From: Flavobacteriales bacterium
GTDB lineage: Bacteria > Bacteroidota > Bacteroidia > Flavobacteriales > UBA7312
DNA length: 64,000 nt
Direction: 5' to 3'
NCBI GenBank assembly: GCA_049890295.1
Contig: JBMHBP010000012.1
Location: forward strand, 9,983-73,982
Shown here in pieces: positions 26,687-35,742 of this stretch. How positions within the stretch are numbered: position 1 is the stretch's first letter; the number at the start of each line of letters is the position of its first letter. The translations under genes and the position numbers were made by a program. The notes under the pieces are model-generated. The model did not search any database, had not been told where the DNA came from, and was given only the letters and a program-made list of their open reading frames with translations.

Positions 26687-27123
26687 CATACGGTCTAATT
26701 TGCATAATACTATGGCTACTTGTGAGTGCTTGTGGTTCTGACGATGATATTATTTTATCAAATGTTCCTAACTTAAGTTTTAACTCACTTAGTCCAACCT
26801 CAGTTCAAGAGTTTGATGGGCCAATTACCTTTACAGTAGATTATGAAGACGGAGATGGGGATTTAGGCGAAAATGATCCTAACGTCAAGAACTTATACTT
26901 AAAAGACAATAGAAACGGTATTATATATGAATATCGCCTGCAGCAATTAGCCCCCGAAGATTCAAACATTCCAATCACTGGCAGCTTTGATATTGTCTTG
27001 AACAACACTGCTATTACAAACGGCAGTAGTGAACAAAGTGCCACCTTTGATATTTACGTGGTCGATAGAGAAGGTAACCGAAGCAATACTATTACATCAG
27101 ATCCACTAAATATTTATCAATAA
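26665..27123 (+). CDS. Hypothetical lipoprotein (Asp/Gly-rich loop, beta-sandwich-like)
   Basis: 152 aa. Lipobox LLVSACGS. DYEDGDGDLGENDPN loop. Overlaps the upstream gene end. Confidence 0.5.
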   Translation: MVIYSRVTYGLICIILWLLVSACGSDDDIILSNVPNLSFNSLSPTSVQEFDGPITFTVDYEDGDGDLGENDPNVKNLYLKDNRNGIIYEYRLQQLAPEDSNIPITGSFDIVLNNTAITNGSSEQSATFDIYVVDREGNRSNTITSDPLNIYQ

Positions 27124-27134
27124 CACTTTAAATC

Positions 27135-27635
27135 ATGACAACCTACTTTAAGGAAGAACAATATTTTAGACAGCCATGGCTGTGGTTAGTCATATTATTT
27201 TTTCCTGCCTTTTCACTATATGGAATATACGAACAAGTCATGCTAGGTAACCCAATTGGTGACCAACCGTTAAGCGATGAAGGAGTAATCAGTTTTTCAT
27301 TATTAGTAGGTTTAGGTTTGCCTGTGTTATTTTGGTTTATGAAGCTAAAATTGAGAGTGACCGAGCAAGGATTACATTATCAATTCTTTCCTGTTCACTT
27401 CAAAGAGCGACTGATTCCTTTTGAAGATATCAGTCACTACAAGGCCAGAACCTATTCGCCGCTCAAGGAGTTTGGCGGTTGGGGCATTCGCTTTGGTTTT
27501 GAGAGTAAAGCCTACAATGTAAAAGGAGATAAGGGCTTGCAATTGGAATTAACTAATGGACGAAAGGTGTTGTTTGGCAGTCAAGATCATAAGGCTTTAG
27601 AAAAAGCTATGAAGAAAGCCCAAAAAGCTAGTTAA
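27135..27635 (+). CDS. Hypothetical 2-TM membrane protein with PH-like C-terminal domain
   Basis: 166 aa. Two hydrophobic helices followed by a soluble domain (GWGIRFG...KGLQLELTNGRKVLFGS). Confidence 0.5.
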   Translation: MTTYFKEEQYFRQPWLWLVILFFPAFSLYGIYEQVMLGNPIGDQPLSDEGVISFSLLVGLGLPVLFWFMKLKLRVTEQGLHYQFFPVHFKERLIPFEDISHYKARTYSPLKEFGGWGIRFGFESKAYNVKGDKGLQLELTNGRKVLFGSQDHKALEKAMKKAQKAS

Positions 27636-27996
27636 GGTTACAATCTTCCTCCTTACAGTGTAATGGAATAATTTGACGCTTTACAGCTAGTTCGTTATAG
27701 CACCAATGCCCTATCCTACTCACTTTTAGCACAAAGAAAAGAGGCACAAGCCACCACAATAATGGCAAGCGCAGTAGTATTTGCCAAATACTATCAAAAC
27801 CATAAAAAACAATTGAATGCCGATTGACAGAAGCTATGACTTTCAAAGCCTGTTCCTTACGAACTAGATTACCTTGGTAAAGACGAATATCAGCTTGTTC
27901 AATCTTATGAAAAATATCCAATCGTTTTAGTAAGCCACCAAAACGTACACAGATGGGACACCACGAATCTATATAAATAAATAACAAACTCACCAT
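27628..27996 (-). CDS. Thiol-disulfide oxidoreductase DCC (DUF393) family protein
   Basis: 122 aa. N-terminal YIDSWCPICVRFGGLLKRLD matches the DxxCxxC...D signature of the DCC family. Confidence 0.6.
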   Translation of the reverse strand: MVSLLFIYIDSWCPICVRFGGLLKRLDIFHKIEQADIRLYQGNLVRKEQALKVIASVNRHSIVFYGFDSIWQILLRLPLLWWLVPLFFVLKVSRIGHWCYNELAVKRQIIPLHCKEEDCNLN

Positions 27997-28151
27997 GCAA
28001 AATTAGTGAAAAAAAGTACTAAAAGTATTTTAGCCAACATAGTATAAAAGACATATTATCGCAGCCATTTTACAATAATCCACAAGATTGTTTTAGATCA
28101 TATAGGCTGAAGTAAAAGCCATCTAGCAAAAATTTCAACATACACATCAAA

Positions 28152-28820
28152 CTACTTTGCCCTGACTCCAGCTACAAATTCTTTGAGGTAAAAAGGCTCA
28201 TAATAGGCTAAGTCTTCAAAATCTTTTTTTGAAAATTTTTGAAAGGCTAGTTCTAGCATCCCCCTAGCTGAAGGATAAATACCCAATTCAAAATAAGCGT
28301 TGGAGTGTGTAAGGACTTGTTGGCATTTGTCAGCACCATCGCCAAAGAAAAGAAGTGGATATTTTTCTAATTCTTCAGCAAAGCTATCTTGGTCTATAAC
28401 TTTTGCTGTAATGGGATTTTGTATGCTTCCAAATAAGGCACAATAGACTTCCATACGTCGTGCATCTATCATAGGACACATTATTTTCATTGGATGTTTG
28501 TCTATCATCAGTTGTGCCATGGCCTCAAGGGTTGATACCGAGATAAGTGGAATTTCTAGAGCATAGCATAATCCTTTGGCTGTAGAAAGGCCTATTCTCA
28601 AACCTGTATAAGATCCTGGCCCTGAACTGAAAGCTATAGCATCTAAATCCTGTTGACTTAAACCATTTTGTGTTAAAACCTCTTGAATAAAAAGGGTTAG
28701 CTGCTCTGAATGGGAATAGCGTTCAGAGACTTCTTCATGACATCCTATCAATTGACCATTTTTGGACAATGCTACTGAACAGCTTTTGGTAGCCGTTTCT
28801 ATGTTAAGGATATAACTCAT
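28152..28820 (-). CDS. tsaB: tRNA threonylcarbamoyladenosine (t6A) biosynthesis protein TsaB
   Basis: 222 aa. ILNIETATKSCSVAL, AFSSGPGSYTGLRIGLSTAKGL. Confidence 0.9.
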   Translation of the reverse strand: MSYILNIETATKSCSVALSKNGQLIGCHEEVSERYSHSEQLTLFIQEVLTQNGLSQQDLDAIAFSSGPGSYTGLRIGLSTAKGLCYALEIPLISVSTLEAMAQLMIDKHPMKIMCPMIDARRMEVYCALFGSIQNPITAKVIDQDSFAEELEKYPLLFFGDGADKCQQVLTHSNAYFELGIYPSARGMLELAFQKFSKKDFEDLAYYEPFYLKEFVAGVRAK

Positions 28821-30094
28821 TGAACAGAAATGGAGAAAGTGCTTTTTCTATCTTGGTCAGATTGGTTGGTTTTTAATACTTTACTATCGTCTTCTAGCAA
28901 ACGAGAAACAGCACTATAAGGGCCAGAAATAACTTCTTGATTTTCTTCTAAACCACTTTTGATTTGTATGTACTCATCGTCTTGAATACCTGTTGTTACT
29001 TGATATAAATTGGCTTGAGCATTTTCGTATGCAAATACGCATTCTATTTTTTCATCGTTTTCAGAGGTGTCTTTTCGGGTAGTTACGGCTTGAATAGGTA
29101 AGGACAGTACACCATAAGCTCTTTGAGTCTGGATTTCTACAGTAGCTGTCATACCTGGTCTAAAAGATACTTCATCAATAATCCTAACTTTAACTTCAAA
29201 GTTGGTTACCTGATCGGCACTGACCCCCATGACGTTGGCGGAGTTGGCAATTTCAGACACCAAACCCTTAAACTCTTCCCCCAGAAAAGCATCAACTTCT
29301 ATATGGGCTGTATCGTTTAAATTGACATTATTTATATCGTTTTCGTTAACCTCAACAGCTACCTCCATAAGCTTCAAATTAGCTAAACGTAATAACTCTG
29401 TGCCGGCCATCTGAGCTGTACCAACAACACGCTCTCCTAATTCTACATTTAATCTTGAAATAGTGCCTCCAATAGGAGCATGTATATTCGTCTTATTTAA
29501 GTTCTCTTTAGCTTCACGTAAAGAGGCCTTGGCACTAGTTACCATAAATTCTCCATCTTCAACACTAAGTTGAGCAACTTTAAAAGATGCTTCTATCTTC
29601 TCATATTCTGATTTAGAAATAGTTCCGTTATTAAATAAAATTTTATTCCTATTGTAATTGGATTGGCTTTCTTCTAATTGTGCCTTAGCCTTTTCTAATG
29701 AGGAGTTAGACGTGTTTAATGCTGCCTGACTTCGTTCTAAAATTGATTGATAAGTATCTGGTTTTATTTTTAGTAACAGATCTCCTTTCTCTACCACATC
29801 ACCTTCTTTAACATATAGGCTAACTATCTCACCAGAAACATCGGGCGAAATTTTAACCTCCGTTTCTGGTTGTATTTTTCCGCTAGCGGAAACAGTTTCT
29901 ATAATATCACGCTTTTCTACTTGTTCAGTGTTCACGCTAATGGGTTTTTCGGCAGATATCCAGCCAACTTGCTGAGCTATAAATATGAATAAGGATATTA
30001 TACCAACTACTAAACCTAATAGTTTCATGAGTTTATGATTATTTCTTCTTCCAAAATAATATAAAACAGCTCCTGCGATTATAAATAGTATCAT
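28817..30094 (-). CDS. Efflux transporter periplasmic adaptor (HlyD/MFP family, MacA-like)
   Basis: 425 aa. N-terminal anchor, lipoyl-like GKIQPETEVKISPDVSGEIVSLYVKEGDVVEKGDLLLKI, long coiled coil, IHAPIGGTISRLNVELGE. Confidence 0.85.
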   Translation of the reverse strand: MILFIIAGAVLYYFGRRNNHKLMKLLGLVVGIISLFIFIAQQVGWISAEKPISVNTEQVEKRDIIETVSASGKIQPETEVKISPDVSGEIVSLYVKEGDVVEKGDLLLKIKPDTYQSILERSQAALNTSNSSLEKAKAQLEESQSNYNRNKILFNNGTISKSEYEKIEASFKVAQLSVEDGEFMVTSAKASLREAKENLNKTNIHAPIGGTISRLNVELGERVVGTAQMAGTELLRLANLKLMEVAVEVNENDINNVNLNDTAHIEVDAFLGEEFKGLVSEIANSANVMGVSADQVTNFEVKVRIIDEVSFRPGMTATVEIQTQRAYGVLSLPIQAVTTRKDTSENDEKIECVFAYENAQANLYQVTTGIQDDEYIQIKSGLEENQEVISGPYSAVSRLLEDDSKVLKTNQSDQDRKSTFSISVQ

Positions 30095-30097
30095 TGT

Positions 30098-31462
30098 CTA
30101 AAATGTTAAAGGTTCGCCCATGTAAAAGTCAAGCATTTTAACTTTAAAAATATAATCATACTTTGCTTGTAACAAATCTGTTTCTGCTCTAAACAATACG
30201 TTTTTAGCATTGTTATAATCGTAAGTTGTTATGAGCTGTAGATCATATTTTTCTTGGGTATATTGAAAGGATTCCTCGTGAAAATCGACAGTTTTTTTTG
30301 AGGCAATATATTTTTTATGGCCAGCCAAAGCGTCATAATGTGCTTGTTCAACTGTTTTTCTAATACTGTTTTTGGCTTCCTGCAAACTATATTGTGACTG
30401 AAGTACGTTTATTTTTGCATTAGCAATAGTTGTATTAGTCATCCAAGCATTAAACAGTGGAATAGATAAGCTCAAACTAATAGATTGGTTTAGGTTTTCG
30501 TTTAACTGATCATTGAACGGGAAATCTTCATACATAGGAGTTGTTGGTGGGAGAGCTAATGAATCATAAACTAATCGTTTACTTGCTGACGAATAGGCTG
30601 TTCCCATACTGGCCGATATACTCAATCGCGGACTTCTACCCCCTTGAGCTATGGCTAATGAACGCTCTGCACTTTTCATTTTAAACTCAGAACTTTTTAG
30701 TTGGGGTAAAGTTGCTAGAGCCTTGGAATATATCTTATCAATATTTTCTGACTTATGTTCTTCTGACGGCTCTACTTTCAAAGCTTGTATTTCAAAAGAT
30801 TCCTCAGAGGATAGTTCTAGTAATTGTTTGAGATTTAGAAGTGCAATATCCCGCTGGTTTTCGGCATTTATAAGCTGTAACTCTTCTTGTGCTTTTTGTG
30901 CTTCTGTATTGAGTAATTCACCCCTTGGCAAACTTCCTACCTCTACCTTTTTACTGATTCGTTGAACTTGAAGTTCAGAAATATCAACTTTTTGTTGATT
31001 GACTAATACTAAATCTTGATTGTAAAGTAATTGTAAATAGGCTGTAACAATATTGACTGAAATATCATTGGCTATTTTTACCGCATCGTATTTTGAGGCT
31101 AGATAATCAAAATTATTTTTTCTGATAGTATTTAAATTTTGAAATCCATTGAATAGGGTTACTGTTGAATTTATACCAAAATTATTATTACGAATTCTGT
31201 CAACGGTTATTTGGTTAGTTACTGGGTCTATATTTCTTCCAAAATTAGTATTATCAGAAAGGCTTCCGTTTAGATTTGGAAGTATATTCATTTTAGACTG
31301 AAACAATAATTGCTTAGAAACTTTAGAATTTAAATTGGCTTTTTTTATGGTCAGGTTATTATTCTGAGCGTAGTTTAAGCATTCTTCTAAAGTCCATATT
31401 TTTTGAGAAAATGCATGTAATGCAAACGTGCAAAAAAGGAATAAAAGAGTTTGCTTTCTCAT
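30098..31462 (-). CDS. TolC family outer-membrane efflux protein
   Basis: 454 aa. Signal peptide, LEECLNYAQNNNLTIK start, two repeat halves with coiled-coil segments, C-terminal FYMGEPLTF. Confidence 0.85.
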   Translation of the reverse strand: MRKQTLLFLFCTFALHAFSQKIWTLEECLNYAQNNNLTIKKANLNSKVSKQLLFQSKMNILPNLNGSLSDNTNFGRNIDPVTNQITVDRIRNNNFGINSTVTLFNGFQNLNTIRKNNFDYLASKYDAVKIANDISVNIVTAYLQLLYNQDLVLVNQQKVDISELQVQRISKKVEVGSLPRGELLNTEAQKAQEELQLINAENQRDIALLNLKQLLELSSEESFEIQALKVEPSEEHKSENIDKIYSKALATLPQLKSSEFKMKSAERSLAIAQGGRSPRLSISASMGTAYSSASKRLVYDSLALPPTTPMYEDFPFNDQLNENLNQSISLSLSIPLFNAWMTNTTIANAKINVLQSQYSLQEAKNSIRKTVEQAHYDALAGHKKYIASKKTVDFHEESFQYTQEKYDLQLITTYDYNNAKNVLFRAETDLLQAKYDYIFKVKMLDFYMGEPLTF

Positions 31463-31484
31463 ACATCAACTATTTAGGGGCCGT

Positions 31485-31715
31485 TTATATCTTGGCTTTC
31501 AATCGCTTATTGTATCGTACCCAAACAAAGGCTACAATACCAAGAGCTATATAAGGCATTGCCATAAGGTATAAAATGCCGTCGTTTAGACCAGCACCAA
31601 TACTACTTCCTCCTTCAATATTACTTTCAACAACTGATTTACACATCGCACATTGTGCTACAGTTTGAGTAACTGAAAATATAGTTAGGATAATAGAAAT
31701 GAATACTGTTTTCAT
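31485..31715 (-). CDS. Small membrane-anchored CxxC protein (unknown function)
   Basis: 76 aa. Signal peptide, QCAMCK directly after the predicted cleavage site, Gly-rich segment, C-terminal TM helix and a basic tail. Confidence 0.5.
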   Translation of the reverse strand: MKTVFISIILTIFSVTQTVAQCAMCKSVVESNIEGGSSIGAGLNDGILYLMAMPYIALGIVAFVWVRYNKRLKAKI

Positions 31716-31725
31716 ATAAAATCGA

Positions 31726-32259
31726 TTAATAATATGGTATCATAAATATATAAACCATTACACCTGTAATGGCAACATACATCCAAATGGGATAAGCCCA
31801 CTTGACAATATTAAGGTGTTTCTTAAACTCCCCTGTCATACCTCTGTAAATAGCCAAAAGTGCTAAGGGTATAATAGGTACTGAGAGTATAATATGTGAT
31901 ATAAGAATAAAAAAATATGTTGGTCTTAACCAACCTTCTCCTCCGTAAGGAACGGGAGAGTTAGAAAGTTTAGAGATAACATAAGAAATCAAAAACACTG
32001 CTGATAGTAAAAAAGCACTAACCATCGATATTCTATGAAGAGTAATGTTTTTATTTTTAATCAATACAAAACCAACAAATAAAAGTACAGCTGTAGAACC
32101 ATTCAATACAGCATGAAAAAAGGGTAATGATTTTACGTTTATGCTACCAAAAGAAACTCTTAACTCATCTGGTAAAAACATTAGTGCTGCTACTGCTATG
32201 GGTATAATGATTGACAGTGCAACAATAAGTGGAATTATTACCTTGTCATTTTTGTTCAT
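31726..32259 (-). CDS. DUF420 family membrane protein (cytochrome oxidase-associated)
   Basis: 177 aa. 4-5 TM helices with FHAVLNGSTAVLL and HRISM blocks. Sits after SCO, as is usual in flavobacterial oxidase clusters. Confidence 0.7.
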   Translation of the reverse strand: MNKNDKVIIPLIVALSIIIPIAVAALMFLPDELRVSFGSINVKSLPFFHAVLNGSTAVLLFVGFVLIKNKNITLHRISMVSAFLLSAVFLISYVISKLSNSPVPYGGEGWLRPTYFFILISHIILSVPIIPLALLAIYRGMTGEFKKHLNIVKWAYPIWMYVAITGVMVYIFMIPYY

Positions 32260-32929
32260 CTTTTACCTTTTTTGCAAGATTGTATTCTGCCATTAAAACC
32301 TCTATATCATCGATAAGAAGACCAACTTCATAATCACTTGTGCCATCGTAAACACCTACATTATTACCATTATCATCTTCTCTTGCTCTTATACGGCCTT
32401 CTTTATCTACCAAAACAAAATATTCTGAATGTAAAAATCCACCCTCAGCGGTACTATCTTGCATAGCACTAACGAAATAATACTTTGCAATATTGTAAAT
32501 ATCTTGTCTATTGCCAGTTACAAAATTCCAATTGCTTAGATCTGCTTCCATTGTTTTGGCGTATTGCATTAGCACTTCAGGTGTATCATACTCAGGGAAT
32601 ACTGAGTGTGAAATAATTTTGAAACCAGGATACATAGCCATTTTTTGCTGTATCCTTCTCATGTTGTAAGTCATTACTGGACAAATTGTAGGGCATGTAG
32701 TGAAAACAAAATTGGCTAGATAAATATTACCCTCATAATCTGAACGACTTACTGTGTCGCCTGACTGATTTATAAATTCAAAGTTAGGTATTGTATAATA
32801 AGTAGAATCTTCCTGATTCATTACATATGGTAAATGCACAAAATTATGATTGCCATAACTTAAAAAAATATAAACTGCTGAAGGCACAACAAGTATAAGA
32901 GCTGCTAATAACCCTTTATATTTTTTCAT
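32246..32929 (-). CDS. SCO family copper chaperone / thioredoxin-fold protein
   Basis: 227 aa. FVFTTCPTICP (CxxxC copper site) and a downstream His (GFLHSEYFVLVD). Confidence 0.85.
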   Translation of the reverse strand: MKKYKGLLAALILVVPSAVYIFLSYGNHNFVHLPYVMNQEDSTYYTIPNFEFINQSGDTVSRSDYEGNIYLANFVFTTCPTICPVMTYNMRRIQQKMAMYPGFKIISHSVFPEYDTPEVLMQYAKTMEADLSNWNFVTGNRQDIYNIAKYYFVSAMQDSTAEGGFLHSEYFVLVDKEGRIRAREDDNGNNVGVYDGTSDYEVGLLIDDIEVLMAEYNLAKKVKDEQK

Positions 32930-32932
32930 TTC

Positions 32933-33250
32933 CTAAAGAGTAAGAAATACAAAATGTCCCTCTGTAAGCAGAATGAACATTAGGTATGGAATTAATACTA
33001 CGGCTGGTAATAAAATCGATAGTTTAAGCCCTTTTACTTCATGTCCTAGGTGCATAAACTCCATTACAATATAGGCTGCTTTGATGATGGTTAGGATGAT
33101 GAAGATTAGGTTCAATAAAGTTGTTCCTAAAAATGAATTATCGATTAAAACACTAGGTTTTATAATCCCTAATATTACCTCAATTGCTGTAACAATAAGC
33201 AAAATCCAAAATACTTTCCAAATCCACCAAGTTCCTGTTTGTTCTGACAT
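32933..33250 (-). CDS. Cytochrome c oxidase subunit IV family protein
   Basis: 105 aa. 3 TM helices, KAAYIVMEFMHL block. Confidence 0.7.
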   Translation of the reverse strand: MSEQTGTWWIWKVFWILLIVTAIEVILGIIKPSVLIDNSFLGTTLLNLIFIILTIIKAAYIVMEFMHLGHEVKGLKLSILLPAVVLIPYLMFILLTEGHFVFLTL

Positions 33251-33269
33251 AATAATAAATTTTAATTCG

Positions 33270-34193
33270 TTATACTAGATAAAAGAATGTGAATACGAAG
33301 ACCCATACTAGATCTACAAAGTGCCAATATAAGCCTGCTTTTTCAACCATTTCATAGTGCCCTCTTTTTTCATAGACACCCTTAATCACGTTAATAAAAA
33401 TGATAATTAAAATAACAACCCCACTAAATACGTGAAAACCATGAAAGCCTGTTATGAAGTAAAAGAAATTTGCAAATAACTGATGACCATATTCATTATG
33501 TATAAGATTAGCTCCCAGTACTACTTCGGCATTATGTAAATAAGCCATAGAAGCTTCATTACTCACAATTGTTTTATCGGCTAATCGAAGTCCTAGGTCT
33601 GGGCGACTAGATAAGGCTGTTTTGACCTCTACTATGGAAAAATTAGTGTTAGGATCATAGGAATCCTGACCTACTAAATCATACAAAGAATAAAAATGTG
33701 AGTTTTCATCTACAACATGAATGATTTCATGATTTGGTAATTTTATACCGCCTTTATCACCATGAATGAAATGCCCCCACTCCCAAGCTTGGGAACCTAA
33801 GAAGGTAAAACCACCAAAAATGGTTAGTGCCATCCATAGTATGACGCCTTTCTTGTTATTTTTATTTCCTTCATTTACAGCCAAAACCATTGTTACTGAA
33901 CTCATGATGAGGATAAAAGTCATCAAAGCAACGAATAGTAATGGATGCTCTCCTTTCAGGTAGGGGAAATGAGTAAATACATCTTCAGCTACTGGCCATA
34001 AGTGGGCATACTTAAACCTCATAAATCCATATGCTGCTAAGAAGCCTGAAAATGTTAGTGCATCAGAAACAAGGAAAAACCACATCATTAGTTTACCGTA
34101 ACTAGCAGACATTGGTTTATCACCTCCGGACCAGGATTTGTTTTCTGTTGTTGTAATGTTCGCCATTTTTTCTTGGTTTGAAAAGTTGTGCAA
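33270..34193 (-). CDS. Heme-copper oxidase subunit III
   Basis: 307 aa. Polytopic, with FITGFHGFHVFSGVVIL and YWHFVDLVWVFVF. Confidence 0.85.
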   Translation of the reverse strand: MHNFSNQEKMANITTTENKSWSGGDKPMSASYGKLMMWFFLVSDALTFSGFLAAYGFMRFKYAHLWPVAEDVFTHFPYLKGEHPLLFVALMTFILIMSSVTMVLAVNEGNKNNKKGVILWMALTIFGGFTFLGSQAWEWGHFIHGDKGGIKLPNHEIIHVVDENSHFYSLYDLVGQDSYDPNTNFSIVEVKTALSSRPDLGLRLADKTIVSNEASMAYLHNAEVVLGANLIHNEYGHQLFANFFYFITGFHGFHVFSGVVILIIIFINVIKGVYEKRGHYEMVEKAGLYWHFVDLVWVFVFTFFYLV

Positions 34194-34195
34194 TA

Positions 34196-34762
34196 TTAAT
34201 GATTAAATAATAAAAATAGGAATAAATAAAGCCATAAAAAGTCTAAAAAATGCCAAAAAATAGCACATAACTCTACCCCTAGGTGGTCAGTACTACTATA
34301 TTTTCCTAACTTCATTTTTACAGCAGTAAAGCCTAAAGCAAAAATTCCACCAAAGAGATGAAAGAGGTGCATTAAGGTAATTACATATAAAAACGATCCT
34401 GAGGCATTACTTCCAGGACCTGTAAAATAAACACCGTTTTTGTATAGCATCTGCCAAGTCAAATACTGCGATAAAGCAAAAATTAAGCCCAGAACTAATG
34501 TATAAATAAGGCCTTTGTAGGCTTTTTCACTATCATCAGTTTTTATATTTTTTTTGGCCCAGTGCATAGTTAAACTAGACAGCAAAATGGCTGCTGTACT
34601 AATATAAAACCAAATAGGAAAGTCAAAATCTAACCAGTTACCTTCGGCTTTTCGAACCACAAATGCACTCGTTAGGCCAGCAAAAATCATAGCCATACTT
34701 ATCATAGATATCCATAGTAATGGTTTTGCTGATTTCTTTTTTTGTTCTTCAAATGTTGTCAT
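34196..34762 (-). CDS. Heme-copper oxidase subunit III family protein (second copy)
   Basis: 188 aa. LMHLFHLFGGI and IFWHFLDFLWLYLF. Confidence 0.8.
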   Translation of the reverse strand: MTTFEEQKKKSAKPLLWISMISMAMIFAGLTSAFVVRKAEGNWLDFDFPIWFYISTAAILLSSLTMHWAKKNIKTDDSEKAYKGLIYTLVLGLIFALSQYLTWQMLYKNGVYFTGPGSNASGSFLYVITLMHLFHLFGGIFALGFTAVKMKLGKYSSTDHLGVELCAIFWHFLDFLWLYLFLFLLFNH

Positions 34763-35613
34763 AATAATGTATCTAAAACGTAAATCAATTGTAATAATGG
34801 TAAATGGATGAATGAGGCAAACATTAGCTTTTTTGCATCCTCATCTTTCAAAGTTTTAAAAAGGATAAGTGACTTTGTAAAAAACCATAACCCTAATAAA
34901 ATCAATACTAACATAGCAATATATGATAGCTGTAATTGACCTGTAAAATCAAATACTGGCAATACTGATAGTGGAATTAAGAATAAGGTGTAAATCAGAA
35001 TTTTTACAGCAGTATTTTTATCCTTTCCTGAGGGTAACATTTTAAAGCCTGCTCTCTTATAATCTTCGTCACTTACCCATGCTATAGCCCAAAAATGTGG
35101 AAATTGCCACAAAAACTGTATGGCAAATAAAATACCTGATTCTATGGCAAAATTATTACTTACTGCTACCCAACCCAGCATAAAAGGTATTGCTCCTGGA
35201 AATGCCCCCACAAAAACTGAAAATGATGTTTTTTGCTTAAGTGGAGTATATGACAAAACATACAGTAACATTGACAATAAGCCAAAGCCACCACAATAAA
35301 GATTAATCATAAATAATGATAAAACACCTAAAGTGCCCATTATCAAAGACAACCAAAAAGCTTGTGATACAGTTATTCTATTTTTAGGAAGGGGTCGATC
35401 TGATGTACGTTTCATCAGTTTATCTAAGTCTTTTTCAATAACCTGATTAAAGCCATTTGATGAGGCTACTACCAAAAGACCACCTACAATGAGGAAAACC
35501 AAATCGGCCTTATTGTAAAGTCCTCCAGCAATAAAATAACCTGCAATTGCTGAAAAAACAACACTAACGGTTAATCTAATTTTTGAGAGCTGTAGAATGT
35601 CGCTTAATGACAT
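34759..35613 (-). CDS. cyoE: Protoheme IX farnesyltransferase (heme O synthase)
   Basis: 284 aa. NQVIEKDLDKLMKRTSDRPLP and YTPLKQKT UbiA-family motifs. Confidence 0.9.
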   Translation of the reverse strand: MSLSDILQLSKIRLTVSVVFSAIAGYFIAGGLYNKADLVFLIVGGLLVVASSNGFNQVIEKDLDKLMKRTSDRPLPKNRITVSQAFWLSLIMGTLGVLSLFMINLYCGGFGLLSMLLYVLSYTPLKQKTSFSVFVGAFPGAIPFMLGWVAVSNNFAIESGILFAIQFLWQFPHFWAIAWVSDEDYKRAGFKMLPSGKDKNTAVKILIYTLFLIPLSVLPVFDFTGQLQLSYIAMLVLILLGLWFFTKSLILFKTLKDEDAKKLMFASFIHLPLLQLIYVLDTLL

Positions 35614-35742
35614 TTTATATATAATTGATTATTAGTTAGTTATAACAAAATATTTGTTAAAATTATTCCTATGTAAATTTATTGATTTTTTGAAATATTA
35701 AATGACTGAAACATTAAATATTTACAACTATTTAGAAAGAGT

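Noticed and set aside
35691-35727. AT-rich imperfect palindrome (AAATATTAAATG...CATTAAATATTT) between the Wzi-like gene and cyoE, considered as a terminator or operator
   Set aside because: The stem would be all A/T with mismatches, and there is only a single copy. That is indistinguishable from chance in this AT-rich spacer.
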